The notes: generated by a model from the sequence alone, not told the origin. Counted from the stretch's first letter, positions 1 to 8,441 are shown. The stretch is 29,893 nt of DNA from Armatimonadota bacterium (GCA_016235455.1 JACRKZ010000089.1:1-29893), one strand, 5' to 3'. Numbers and translations are program-made.

Positions 1-1
1 C

Positions 2-148
2 CCGCGGGCCGCCGCCGCGCGCAAGCTCATCGCTGATAAGCTGGCGGGCTTTAGGTTGGGCCAGCGCGACCATGATGCGTTGTGGCCGAGCGGTGAGTAT
101 GCGAGCTTCAGGCGGGCGGTGGCGGAGGCGATTGAGGGCTTGGGCTGA
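2..148 (+). CDS. 3' end of a gene entering from the left edge (hypothetical; amphipathic C-terminal helix)
   Basis: Frame from nt 2 is open: PRAAAARKLIADKLAGFRLGQRDHDALWPSGEYASFRRAVAEAIEGLG, TGA at 146-148; mostly GC-ending codons. Confidence 0.6.
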   Translation, partial: PRAAAARKLIADKLAGFRLGQRDHDALWPSGEYASFRRAVAEAIEGLG

Positions 149-321
149 GGCTGACGGCCCCAGCCCGAACCGGTGTTGGCGATCGGCCGAGAGCTGGTCC
201 AAGCGCGACTCGCACCCGTCAAAGCGCGGCCAATCGAGGTGGGGTCCGCCGCGCCACTGCCGATGAGTCGTGGCAGGAGTCCTCCGGCCTGTGCGGAATG
301 CCGGACCATCAGAGACTGTCC

Positions 322-1986
322 ATGCGCCACCTCCTCCTACTCCTGACCCTCCTGACCACCACCCTGGCCGGCGCCGCCGAGCGCCGCCTGCCGCTGGCCG
401 ACTATCTGGACCACATGAAGGGCGGCTGGGTCGGACAGATCGCCGGCGTCTGCTGGGGCGCGCCCACCGAGTTCCGGTTCGGCGACAAGATCATCCCCGA
501 GGAGGCCATGCCGAAATGGCAGCCGAAGATGATCAACGACGCCTTCGGCCAGGACGATCTGTATGTCGAGATGACCTTCCTGCGGACCATGGAGGAGCAT
601 GGGCTCGATTGCTCCATCCGCCAGGCGGGCATCGATTTCGCCAACAGCCGCTACCCGCTGTGGTGCGCCAACGATGCCGGCCGCAAGAACCTGCGCAGCG
701 GCATCGCCCCGCCCGACAGCAGCCATCCAAAGTTCAATCGCTGCCCAAACGACATCGACTACCAGATCGAGGCCGACTTCTCCGGGCTCATCGCGCCGGG
801 CCTGCCGAATGTGGCCGTGGCGCTGGGTGAGAAGTTCGGCCGGCTGATGAACTACGGCGACGGGCTCTATGCCGGCCAGTTCATCGGCGCGTGCTACGCC
901 GAGGCGTTCTTCGAGCCCGATGTGCGGCGCATCATCGAGGCCGGGCTGAAAGCCATTCCCGCCCAGAGCCAGTATGCCGAGATGGTGCGCGATATGCTCG
1001 CCTGGAGCCGCGATATCCCCGACTGGCAGGCCTGCTGGCAGCGCATCCAGGCCAAGTACCGCCAGGACCCCGCCTACCAGAAGGCCTCCAACGGTGGCAT
1101 CGACTGCAAGGTCAACGGCGCCTATGTGCTGCTGGGCCTGCTGTATGGCAAGGGCGATATCGACCAGACCATCGTCATCGCCTGCCGCGGCGGGCAGGAC
1201 AGCGACTGCAATCCGTCCAGCGCGGCCGGCATCCTGTGCGCCAGTCTGGGCTTTGCCAAGATGCCCGCGCGCTTCACACAGCAGCTGGACGAGAAGCCGA
1301 TCTTCAGCCACACCGCCTACAACGTGCCCAAGCTGCTGGCCGTCTGCGAGAAGCTGGCCCGGCAGGCGCTCGTGCGCGAAGGCGGGCGCGTCGAAAAGGC
1401 GGCCGACGGCACCGAGACGTTGGTCATCCCCGTCAAGCCCACCCAGCCCAGTCCGCTGGAGCTGAGCTGGTCGCCGGGGCCGATTGCCGACTCCAAGTTC
1501 ACCGACGCCGAGAAGGCCTTGATCACCGCGCCGAGCCCAGCGGCCGAGCTGAAGGCGGCGCTGAACAAGATCGCCCCCGGCTGGTCTATCGCTCAGGTCG
1601 GGCCGGACATGGAGCCCGGCTGGCGCGACGAGTGGCGCGGCCGGCAGGGCGTGCTGCTGACTCATCCGCTGGACCGCAACACGCCGTGCGTCATCAGCCG
1701 CAAGCTGGACGTGCCGGCCCAGGGCCGGACCACGCTTCGGCTGGCGGTCAGCCACTACCCCGAGGGCGACTGGGATCTGGTGGTGCGCGCGGACATGCGT
1801 GAGCTGCTGCGCCAGACCGTCGGGCCGAAGACCGCGCCCAACGGCTGGCTGGAAGTCAGCGTCGACCTGAGCGAGTATGCGGGCAAGACGGTGCTGCTGG
1901 AGCTGTACAACCAGGCCAACGGCTGGGCCTGGGAAGCGGGTTACTGGCAGAAGATCGCGGTTGAGACCGCGGCGGCGGGCCAGTGA
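322..1986 (+). CDS. Secreted ADP-ribosylglycohydrolase (ARH/DraG-fold) family protein with C-terminal beta-sandwich domain
   Basis: Signal peptide MRHLLLLLTLLTTTLAGA; GQIAGVCWGAPTEF, QDDLYVEM and GGQDSDCNPSSAAGI match ARH metal-binding segments; beta-rich C-terminal ~140 aa. ATG 322 preferred over 298. Confidence 0.8.
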   Translation: MRHLLLLLTLLTTTLAGAAERRLPLADYLDHMKGGWVGQIAGVCWGAPTEFRFGDKIIPEEAMPKWQPKMINDAFGQDDLYVEMTFLRTMEEHGLDCSIRQAGIDFANSRYPLWCANDAGRKNLRSGIAPPDSSHPKFNRCPNDIDYQIEADFSGLIAPGLPNVAVALGEKFGRLMNYGDGLYAGQFIGACYAEAFFEPDVRRIIEAGLKAIPAQSQYAEMVRDMLAWSRDIPDWQACWQRIQAKYRQDPAYQKASNGGIDCKVNGAYVLLGLLYGKGDIDQTIVIACRGGQDSDCNPSSAAGILCASLGFAKMPARFTQQLDEKPIFSHTAYNVPKLLAVCEKLARQALVREGGRVEKAADGTETLVIPVKPTQPSPLELSWSPGPIADSKFTDAEKALITAPSPAAELKAALNKIAPGWSIAQVGPDMEPGWRDEWRGRQGVLLTHPLDRNTPCVISRKLDVPAQGRTTLRLAVSHYPEGDWDLVVRADMRELLRQTVGPKTAPNGWLEVSVDLSEYAGKTVLLELYNQANGWAWEAGYWQKIAVETAAAGQ

Positions 1987-4019
1987 CCGGCTTCGGCCGC
2001 CGGCTGGTGCTCGTTCTACTCGCCCTGACCGCCACCGCGCCGGCGCGCGCCGAGGTCACGGTCGAGTCACTGCTGCGCGAGATGACCGACTACGCCGCCG
2101 TCGCGCGCTGGCCCGAGCCAGCCTACACCTGCCGGCAGGCCAGCAGCTACGACCGTGCCACGGTGGCGCCCGACAAGCCGGGCTGGTTTGCCAACAGTGA
2201 CCAGAACCAGTTCGTCCGCGTCGAAACCCACCAGGGCCGGACCGAGAAGGTCATGCTCGATGCCGATGGGCCGGGTGCGTTGGTGCGGTTCTGGCTGACC
2301 ACAGACCGCAACAAGCAGGGCCGGCTGCGCATCTACCTCGATGGCGCGGCCGAGCCGGCGCTGAGCTACCCGGCCTACGACCTGCTCAGTGGCGATCTGG
2401 GCGTCGGCGCGCCGCTGGTGCAGCCGCATCCCGGCTATCAGCCCGACGCCAACGGCGGCAACACATCCTACCTGCCCATTCCCTATGCCCGGCACTGCAA
2501 GGTGACCTGGGAAGAGGCCGGACAGAGCGCACGCTACTACCAGATCAACTACCGCACCTATGCGCCCGGTACGGTAGTGCGGACCTTCACGCGGGCCGAC
2601 CTGGACGCCGCCAGGCCCGCGGTCGCGCGCGCCGGTCGCGCGCTCGCGATGCCGCCCGACCAGCCTGCCGGCCGCGCCGTGAGCCAGACCACCGCGCTGG
2701 CCGCCGGCGGCACGCAGTCGCTTGATCTGCCTGCCGGCCCGGCTGCGGTCAGCCGCCTGGAGCTGCGGGCGCCGGCCGACGAGCGCGCCCTGCGGTCGCT
2801 TATCCTGCGCATGGACTGCGACGGCGAGCGCACCATCTGGTGCCCGGTGAGCGACTTCTTCGGCAGCGGCGTCGGCCTCAACGCGGTCGCGAGCTGGTAT
2901 CGCACGGTCGGCGCCGATGGGACCATGGTCTGTCGCTGGGTGATGCCTTACGAGCGCACCGCCCGGCTGTCGCTGCTCAACCTGGCGCCGGCGCCGATCA
3001 GCGCCAGCCTGGGTGTGACGGTCAGCCCGTGGGAGTGGGACGCGCGGTCCATGCACTTCCGCGCCGTCTGGCACTACGAATCGGGCCTGAAGACGCCGCC
3101 CGAGCGCGACTGGAACTACGTGACCATCGCCGGTCAGGGCGTCTATGTGGGCGACACGCTGGCCCTGTTCAACCCGCTGCCCACCTGGTATGGCGAAGGT
3201 GACGAGAAGATCTGGGTCGACGACGACACCTTCCCTTCGCACCTGGGCACGGGCACCGAGGACTACTACAGCTTCTCGTATGCGCCCAAGCCGGTGCACC
3301 AGACGCCGTTCACGGGCGAGCCGCGACTTGATCAGCCGATGACCCAGGGGCACAACACGCTGATCCGCAGCCGCAACCTCGACGGCATCCCCTTCGCGCG
3401 CCGCCTGAAGTTCGATATCGAGCTCATCGCCTGGCGCCCCATGGCGCTGACCTACGCCGCAACGACCTACTGGTATGCCCGGCCGGGCGCCACCTGCAAC
3501 GTCGAGCCCCAGCCGGCGGAGGCCGCCCTGCCCGTGCCCACGCTGGCCGACGCGGTCGCCGCGTCGAAGCCGCGTCCACGGCCCGGCGCCGTCGACTGCG
3601 AGACGATGACGGTGCTGGGCCGGTCGGGCGACTTCTTCCTCGGCGAACAGGACATGGCGCCGTTTGGCGCGGAACGCTGGGGCGCCGGCGCGCACCTGCT
3701 GGCCAAGACCACCGCTGTGGGTGACTGGTTCGAGGTGCAGTGGCCGGCGGCTGGCGCGGAGGCGCGCCGACTGGTGCTCCATGCCACCCAAGCGCCCGAC
3801 TACGCCATGCTGCGCTTTGCCGTCAATGGCCAGCGCGTCGAGCCGCTGTTCGACGGGTATGCGGACGGCGTGCAGCCGGCGCCGCCGTTCGAGCTCGGCG
3901 TGTTCGCCCCGCATGACGGCAAGTTCACGCTGCGGGTCGAGGTGGCCGGCGCCAATGCAGCGTCGAAGGGCGCGCGCTACTACCTGGGGCTGGACGACAT
4001 CGTGGCTGAGGCCCGCTGA
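1983..4019 (+). CDS. Secreted DUF2961 / GH172-family glycoside hydrolase with extra C-terminal beta-sandwich
   Basis: Signal peptide ending APARA; QASSYDR, DADGPGALVRFW, PVSDFFG, WYGEGDEKIWVD and GTGTEDYY motifs; GTGA start/stop overlap with the upstream gene. Confidence 0.85.
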   Translation: MTGFGRRLVLVLLALTATAPARAEVTVESLLREMTDYAAVARWPEPAYTCRQASSYDRATVAPDKPGWFANSDQNQFVRVETHQGRTEKVMLDADGPGALVRFWLTTDRNKQGRLRIYLDGAAEPALSYPAYDLLSGDLGVGAPLVQPHPGYQPDANGGNTSYLPIPYARHCKVTWEEAGQSARYYQINYRTYAPGTVVRTFTRADLDAARPAVARAGRALAMPPDQPAGRAVSQTTALAAGGTQSLDLPAGPAAVSRLELRAPADERALRSLILRMDCDGERTIWCPVSDFFGSGVGLNAVASWYRTVGADGTMVCRWVMPYERTARLSLLNLAPAPISASLGVTVSPWEWDARSMHFRAVWHYESGLKTPPERDWNYVTIAGQGVYVGDTLALFNPLPTWYGEGDEKIWVDDDTFPSHLGTGTEDYYSFSYAPKPVHQTPFTGEPRLDQPMTQGHNTLIRSRNLDGIPFARRLKFDIELIAWRPMALTYAATTYWYARPGATCNVEPQPAEAALPVPTLADAVAASKPRPRPGAVDCETMTVLGRSGDFFLGEQDMAPFGAERWGAGAHLLAKTTAVGDWFEVQWPAAGAEARRLVLHATQAPDYAMLRFAVNGQRVEPLFDGYADGVQPAPPFELGVFAPHDGKFTLRVEVAGANAASKGARYYLGLDDIVAEAR

Positions 4020-4057
4020 GCCGCCAGCGCAGTCTGTGGGTCGTTGGAGCGTGACTG

Positions 4058-5077
4058 CTATCGACCCGCCAGCCGCTCGGCCAGGCGATCGGCGAGGCGA
4101 TCGTAGAAGACACAGTCGTAGGCGCCCATGCGCGACCAGTTGTCGGCGCCGAACTGCCGCTTGAATCGCGAGATACCGGCGAACAGGTGGTCGGGCCGGC
4201 CGAAGGGATCGTAGCCGTAGAGGTCGTACTCGCGGCAGCCGGCGGCGCGGGCGTCGCGTAGCGCGGTCCATTGCAGCAGGTGGTTGGGCATCAGGCCGCG
4301 GTCAGCGGCCAGCGAGCCGCCGTACAGGTACGTCGCGCGTCGCCCGAAGGTCACCACCAGGATGGCGGCCAGGTCGCGGTCCTGGGCGCGGGCGAAGTAG
4401 AGGCAGGCGCGGTCGCGCGGGAACAGCGTGGCGCCGAGGTTGAGGAAGAAGCCGTACGGCTCGCCAAAGAAGCCCTGCCGGCCGGCCGTGTCATCGAAGA
4501 TGGTGTGGAAGCGCCGCATATCAGCCAGGTCGGTCGAGCGGACGATTGTCACGCCGCGGCGCTGGGCCAAGCGCAGATTGTAGCGGAACTTGGGGTGCAT
4601 GGCGGCCAGCAGCGTGTCGTCGTCGCGGGTCAGGTCGATCATCACGGTATGCTCGGGCGTCAGGTCGACCGGTGCGCGTGACCAGCCGCGCAGCAGCGAC
4701 GGCGCCGGTGCGGGCAGGTGCGGCTCGATGCGCAGGCCCAGGCCACCGCGCGTGGACACATGGTCGCGCACCACCGCCAGCAGGCTGCGCAGGCCCGCGC
4801 GGGCGCGTTCGGTGTCGTACCAGGGCAGCACGGGCCCTTCGGGGCAGACGACGAACCCTTCGCCCTCTTCCGCCGGCCAACTGAGGAGCAGCGCGCCGCC
4901 CCACAGGCCGCCGTCGTCGTCGAACAGCCCGTAGCGATGGGTGTCGAAGCCCTCGGCGCGTTTGAAGGCGGCCCAGGCGCTCGATTGCATGAACCCGGAC
5001 TCATAGGCCGCGCCGGCGAAGGCGTCCCATGGCTCGTCCCACTCGGGTCCCAGCGGCACGGCCGGCGGCACGGTCAC
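4058..5077 (-). CDS. FemABX-family (FemX-like, double GNAT fold) aminoacyl/peptidyl transferase
   Basis: FMQSSAWAAFK, PEGPVL, TVMIDLT-DDDTLLAAMHPKFRYNLRLAQRRGV, ATYLYGGS, PNHLLQWTAL, YDLYG, GISRFKRQFG. GTG at 5077 overlaps the upstream TGA (GTGA). Confidence 0.85.
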   Translation of the reverse strand: MTVPPAVPLGPEWDEPWDAFAGAAYESGFMQSSAWAAFKRAEGFDTHRYGLFDDDGGLWGGALLLSWPAEEGEGFVVCPEGPVLPWYDTERARAGLRSLLAVVRDHVSTRGGLGLRIEPHLPAPAPSLLRGWSRAPVDLTPEHTVMIDLTRDDDTLLAAMHPKFRYNLRLAQRRGVTIVRSTDLADMRRFHTIFDDTAGRQGFFGEPYGFFLNLGATLFPRDRACLYFARAQDRDLAAILVVTFGRRATYLYGGSLAADRGLMPNHLLQWTALRDARAAGCREYDLYGYDPFGRPDHLFAGISRFKRQFGADNWSRMGAYDCVFYDRLADRLAERLAGR

Positions 5078-7380
5078 TTCTCGGCCGCTCCGAACCGCGG
5101 CATCGCCGGGCGCAGGTGGCCCAGGTCGGTCTGCATGCGCTGCGCCTCGCGGGCCAGGTTGTCGCGGTCCGACTGGGTCTGGGTGATGTCGCGCTCCGTG
5201 CGGCTGATGGCGTCCTGCGCGGTGATGGAGTCGGTACCGTAGTCCACGTAGTAGCTGGGCCCATTGGCCCCGCTGAGCCGCTGGTACTCGGTCAGATCCG
5301 TCTTGAGCGTGGCCAGGTCCTTGTCGAGGGTGGACAGATCCGTCCACGTCGCCGCGAGATCGGCGGTCATGTCCTTCTCGAGCTTGGTCATGATGCTGCG
5401 TAGCGCCGCAGCCAGTTCCGGCGGGCAGGCCTGCGAGGAGTCGCCGCGGTCCAAGTGCCGGCCATCGGTGGTCAGCCATGAGCGGTCGGGCTGGCGCAGA
5501 GAAACCTTGCCGTCGGGCGACAGGTAGCCGCCGACGAACAGCTCCACGCTGGTCGGGTCGGGCGCGCCCAACGACTCGCTCGACGCGGGCTTGCCCAGAC
5601 GTTGCACCGACTTGTCCAAGCGTTGGCCAGCGTCGGCCAGGTTGGCCGCCTCCAACCGGTCGGCATTGACCGTTGGCAGGAACCGGGCCCAGCCCACCCA
5701 GCCCAGCCAGTCGCGACGCAACTCCAGTTCCTTGGTCACGGCGCCACGCTGTCGCTGCACCTCGTCGCCCAGCCGCTTGAACAGGTCGGGATCGGCATAG
5801 AGCGCGGTCAAGGGCGTGCCGCTCTTGGTGCTCAGCAGCGATACCTGGCCCTGCGAGGCGACGAGGTAGGCGTCGTCGGCCAGCGTGACCACGACATCGC
5901 CGTTGTCCATGACGAGCACGTCGCTGGCCGCGGCGATGACCGCGTTCTGCTCGGCTTGAGCAGGTGCCGGTCGCGGCCCGCGGTAGCCGTGCCCCAGATA
6001 GATGTGCACGGTGTCCGGGTCATAGAGGAAGCGCCGCGCGCCGGTGGTGCGGCCTTCGATGTCGGTCACATGACCGCGCCCGTAGCCCGCGCCGAAGCCG
6101 CGGCCGGTGACGTGGGCGCTGGCCGTCGATGATCCGCCGCCGATGCTGGTGCTATGCGTGCTGCTGGCATGGCCAAACGAGCCGTGCGCGCCGAAACTGC
6201 CCTTGGCGAACACGTTGTCCGGCGAGAGCAGGTTGGCCATGGTCACCACGAGGTACAGGATGACCAGCACGCGCTGGCACCACAGGCCGAGTCGTTCCAG
6301 CCCTTCGGCGCGGCCGCGCAGGAATTCGCGCAGGCGCACCAACTCGGCTACCAGCTCGGCGGGCAGCCGCGCGGCGCGCTCCAGCAACGCCTGCACCAGC
6401 CGGTCCAGATCGAGCCGCCGCACCGTGCCGACCACGTCGGCGGCCAGCGTCTCCACCATCTCGCGGGTGTGGTAGGGGTGCAGGATACTCAGCGCCGAGA
6501 GCAGTCCGTCGAGCCGGTACGGCTCGTCCTCGCCGTCCGGCGATGCGGGCGGCCGGGTCTCGCGCGGATTGAGGATGAGCGGCAGCAGGCAGGGCTCGGC
6601 CAGCGTGTTGGTTGGCACGAGCGCTTCCACATGCCGCTCACTGCGCGCAAAGCGCGACAAGGCGTGCAGCGCCGAGAAGTCGGCCTGACGGGTGCTGACC
6701 GGGCAGGTCAGGTCGGCCAGTACGCGGCGGCGCAGCGGCCGGCGCGCGGCCAGGAAGAAGCTCCACACGCCGTAGCCATGCGCCCAGAAGCTGGGCATCG
6801 GCACGCGATAGGGCAGGCTGAACAGGCCTGCGGCGCGCATCGTGCGGCGCAGGCACCAGAACGCTTCGGGCGTGCGCTGGGGTGACAGGCCGTTGATCGC
6901 CGCGACGCCGCCCGGCGCCAGCACGCGCTTCATGCGGGCGTAGCCCTCGCGTGTGTGCAGCCGGCACTCGTCGGTGCGGCGCGGCACCGTCAGGTCGACC
7001 AGCAGCACATCGCACGGGTCGGCCTGCTCGAGGTAGTCCCAGGCATCGCCGCAGACGACGGTCACGCGTGGGTCGGCGAAGGCGTTGTGGTTCAGTTCGG
7101 CCAGGCGCCCGCGGGCCAGGTCGACGACCTCATGGCTGTAGTCGACCAGCGTCACCCGCGCCACACCGGGGAAGCGCAGGCACTCGCGTAGCGCCAGGCC
7201 ATCGCCGCCACCGAGGATGGTCACGGTCAGCGCGCCGGCCTGAGCCGGCTCGGCCAGGCACAGCGCCGGCAGCGCCAGGCACTCGTGGTAGTAGGCTTCG
7301 TCATGCGTGTCGAACTGCAGGTCGCCGTCCATGTACAGCGCCAGCGAGCCGTCCGCGCGCTCTTCCAGGTGCAGACCCAT
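5074..7380 (-). CDS. speE: Spermidine-synthase-like aminopropyltransferase fused to a helical linker, TM helix, Gly/His/Ser-rich segment and coiled-coil C-terminal region
   Basis: LYMDGDLQF..DEAYYHE, ILGGGDGLALRE, VTLVD, AFADPRV, GDAW, VLLVD motifs in the first ~270 aa; AAGGAG RBS; 768 aa versus ~290 for standard SpeE. Symbol applies to the N-terminal domain only. Confidence 0.8.
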   Translation of the reverse strand: MGLHLEERADGSLALYMDGDLQFDTHDEAYYHECLALPALCLAEPAQAGALTVTILGGGDGLALRECLRFPGVARVTLVDYSHEVVDLARGRLAELNHNAFADPRVTVVCGDAWDYLEQADPCDVLLVDLTVPRRTDECRLHTREGYARMKRVLAPGGVAAINGLSPQRTPEAFWCLRRTMRAAGLFSLPYRVPMPSFWAHGYGVWSFFLAARRPLRRRVLADLTCPVSTRQADFSALHALSRFARSERHVEALVPTNTLAEPCLLPLILNPRETRPPASPDGEDEPYRLDGLLSALSILHPYHTREMVETLAADVVGTVRRLDLDRLVQALLERAARLPAELVAELVRLREFLRGRAEGLERLGLWCQRVLVILYLVVTMANLLSPDNVFAKGSFGAHGSFGHASSTHSTSIGGGSSTASAHVTGRGFGAGYGRGHVTDIEGRTTGARRFLYDPDTVHIYLGHGYRGPRPAPAQAEQNAVIAAASDVLVMDNGDVVVTLADDAYLVASQGQVSLLSTKSGTPLTALYADPDLFKRLGDEVQRQRGAVTKELELRRDWLGWVGWARFLPTVNADRLEAANLADAGQRLDKSVQRLGKPASSESLGAPDPTSVELFVGGYLSPDGKVSLRQPDRSWLTTDGRHLDRGDSSQACPPELAAALRSIMTKLEKDMTADLAATWTDLSTLDKDLATLKTDLTEYQRLSGANGPSYYVDYGTDSITAQDAISRTERDITQTQSDRDNLAREAQRMQTDLGHLRPAMPRFGAAEK

Positions 7381-7384
7381 GGTG

Positions 7385-7903
7385 CTACTCCTTGACCGCC
7401 AGGCGGCTCACGCCCGCCGCGCACAAACCGCCCACCAGCCCGGCCGCCACGGCCAGCACGCCCGCCACCACGGGGATGGTCAGCAGGGCCGAGCTCGTTC
7501 CCGAGCCCATGCGGGCGCGCACCATGGTCATGGACACCAGGGCATAGCCGCCCATGGCCCAGCCCACGCCACCCGCGGCGCGGCGCAGGCGCTCGCCGAA
7601 GTCGGATCGCGCCTCGGCCACCAGCCCGGCCGCCACACCGGCCACCGCGGGCACCGCCAGCAGCGCCAACGCCGCCCACAGCCCCTGGCCCCAGACGCGC
7701 GGGTTGCGCGTCGCGAGCACCAGATAGCCGAGGCAGGCCACGGCCAGCGCCACTCGCCGCTCGGCTCGCTCACCAGACCGCGCAGCCTCGAGTCGGCTGG
7801 TATGCCGGTGCGACAGGTGCACATGCTCGTTGGGCGCCGCGTGGCTCGCGTGCGCGATCGGCGCCGGCTCCTCGGAGCCGTGTTCACGGTCGTCAATCGG
7901 CAT
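7385..7903 (-). CDS. Small integral membrane protein (about 4 TM helices) with His-rich N-terminal tail, unknown function
   Basis: GGAG RBS before ATG 7903; hydrophobic stretches VALAVACLGYLVL, LWAALALLAVPAVAGVAAGLV, GVGWAMGGYALVSM, ALLTIPVVAGVLAVAAGLVGGLC; overlaps speD by 11 nt and ends 4 nt before speE. Confidence 0.75.
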   Translation of the reverse strand: MPIDDREHGSEEPAPIAHASHAAPNEHVHLSHRHTSRLEAARSGERAERRVALAVACLGYLVLATRNPRVWGQGLWAALALLAVPAVAGVAAGLVAEARSDFGERLRRAAGGVGWAMGGYALVSMTMVRARMGSGTSSALLTIPVVAGVLAVAAGLVGGLCAAGVSRLAVKE

Positions 7904-8276
7904 GGGTCGTCTCCGCGTCGCGCACACCACGCCGTTGCGTGACCACCTCCACCCGCTCGGGCTCGAAGGCGGCGCGCAACACGGGCAGCACGGCGTGCGG
8001 GTCACAGGGCCCGCAGGTGAACACGTCCACGGCGCAGTAGCCGTGCTCGGGCCAGGTGTGCAGGCTCAGGTGCGAGGTGGCCAGCAGGGCGATGGCGGTG
8101 ACACCGCCGCCAGGCGAGAAATGATGCAGTCGGTAATCGATCAATTGCGCCCCCGTCGCCGTCACGGCGTCCAGCAGCGCGGCGCGCACGGCCTCGACAT
8201 CATCGAGCCGCGTGGCGCCCCACAGGTCAATCAGCAGATGCACGCCGCTGGGCAGGGCGACGTGGTCCGAATCCAT
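7893..8276 (-). CDS. speD: S-adenosylmethionine decarboxylase proenzyme (short class 1B type, pyruvoyl-dependent)
   Basis: GVHLLIDLWG, HHFSPGGGVTAIALLATSHLSLHTWPEHGYCAVDVFTCG, C-terminal RG motif; 127 aa. Confidence 0.88.
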   Translation of the reverse strand: MDSDHVALPSGVHLLIDLWGATRLDDVEAVRAALLDAVTATGAQLIDYRLHHFSPGGGVTAIALLATSHLSLHTWPEHGYCAVDVFTCGPCDPHAVLPVLRAAFEPERVEVVTQRRGVRDAETTHAD

Positions 8277-8321
8277 AGGTGTAGACCCCTAACCGGCCGA
8301 ATCCGTACGCGCGATAGGACC

Positions 8322-8351
8322 GTTATACGGCATGACGATCCGCTCGGTCAA
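8322..8351 (-). promoter_or_regulatory. Sigma70-like promoter of the speD operon
   Basis: Minus strand TTGACC (8351-8346), 18 nt spacer, TATAAC (8327-8322), 45 nt upstream of the speD ATG. Confidence 0.55.
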
Positions 8352-8441
8352 GGACAACGCGGCTCTCTGGCCGATCGTTCCCATCCGCAACGGCTCCCGA
8401 TGCGTTGCTCTCAGGTACGGCTACGAAGCGGTGGGAGTCGG

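Noticed and set aside
142-166. GGGCTG...CAGCCC hairpin at the end of the first partial gene
   Set aside because: Short stem with no U-tract; expected by chance at this GC content.
337-4271. Long minus-strand ORFs 337-1755 and 2067-4271
   Set aside because: Antisense shadows of well-supported high-GC plus-strand genes; no motifs of their own.
5078-5479. N-terminal extension of the FemABX ORF in the ORF track
   Set aside because: Lies inside the speE fusion in another frame and is Arg/Pro-rich; the GTGA-coupled start at 5077 fits the family length.
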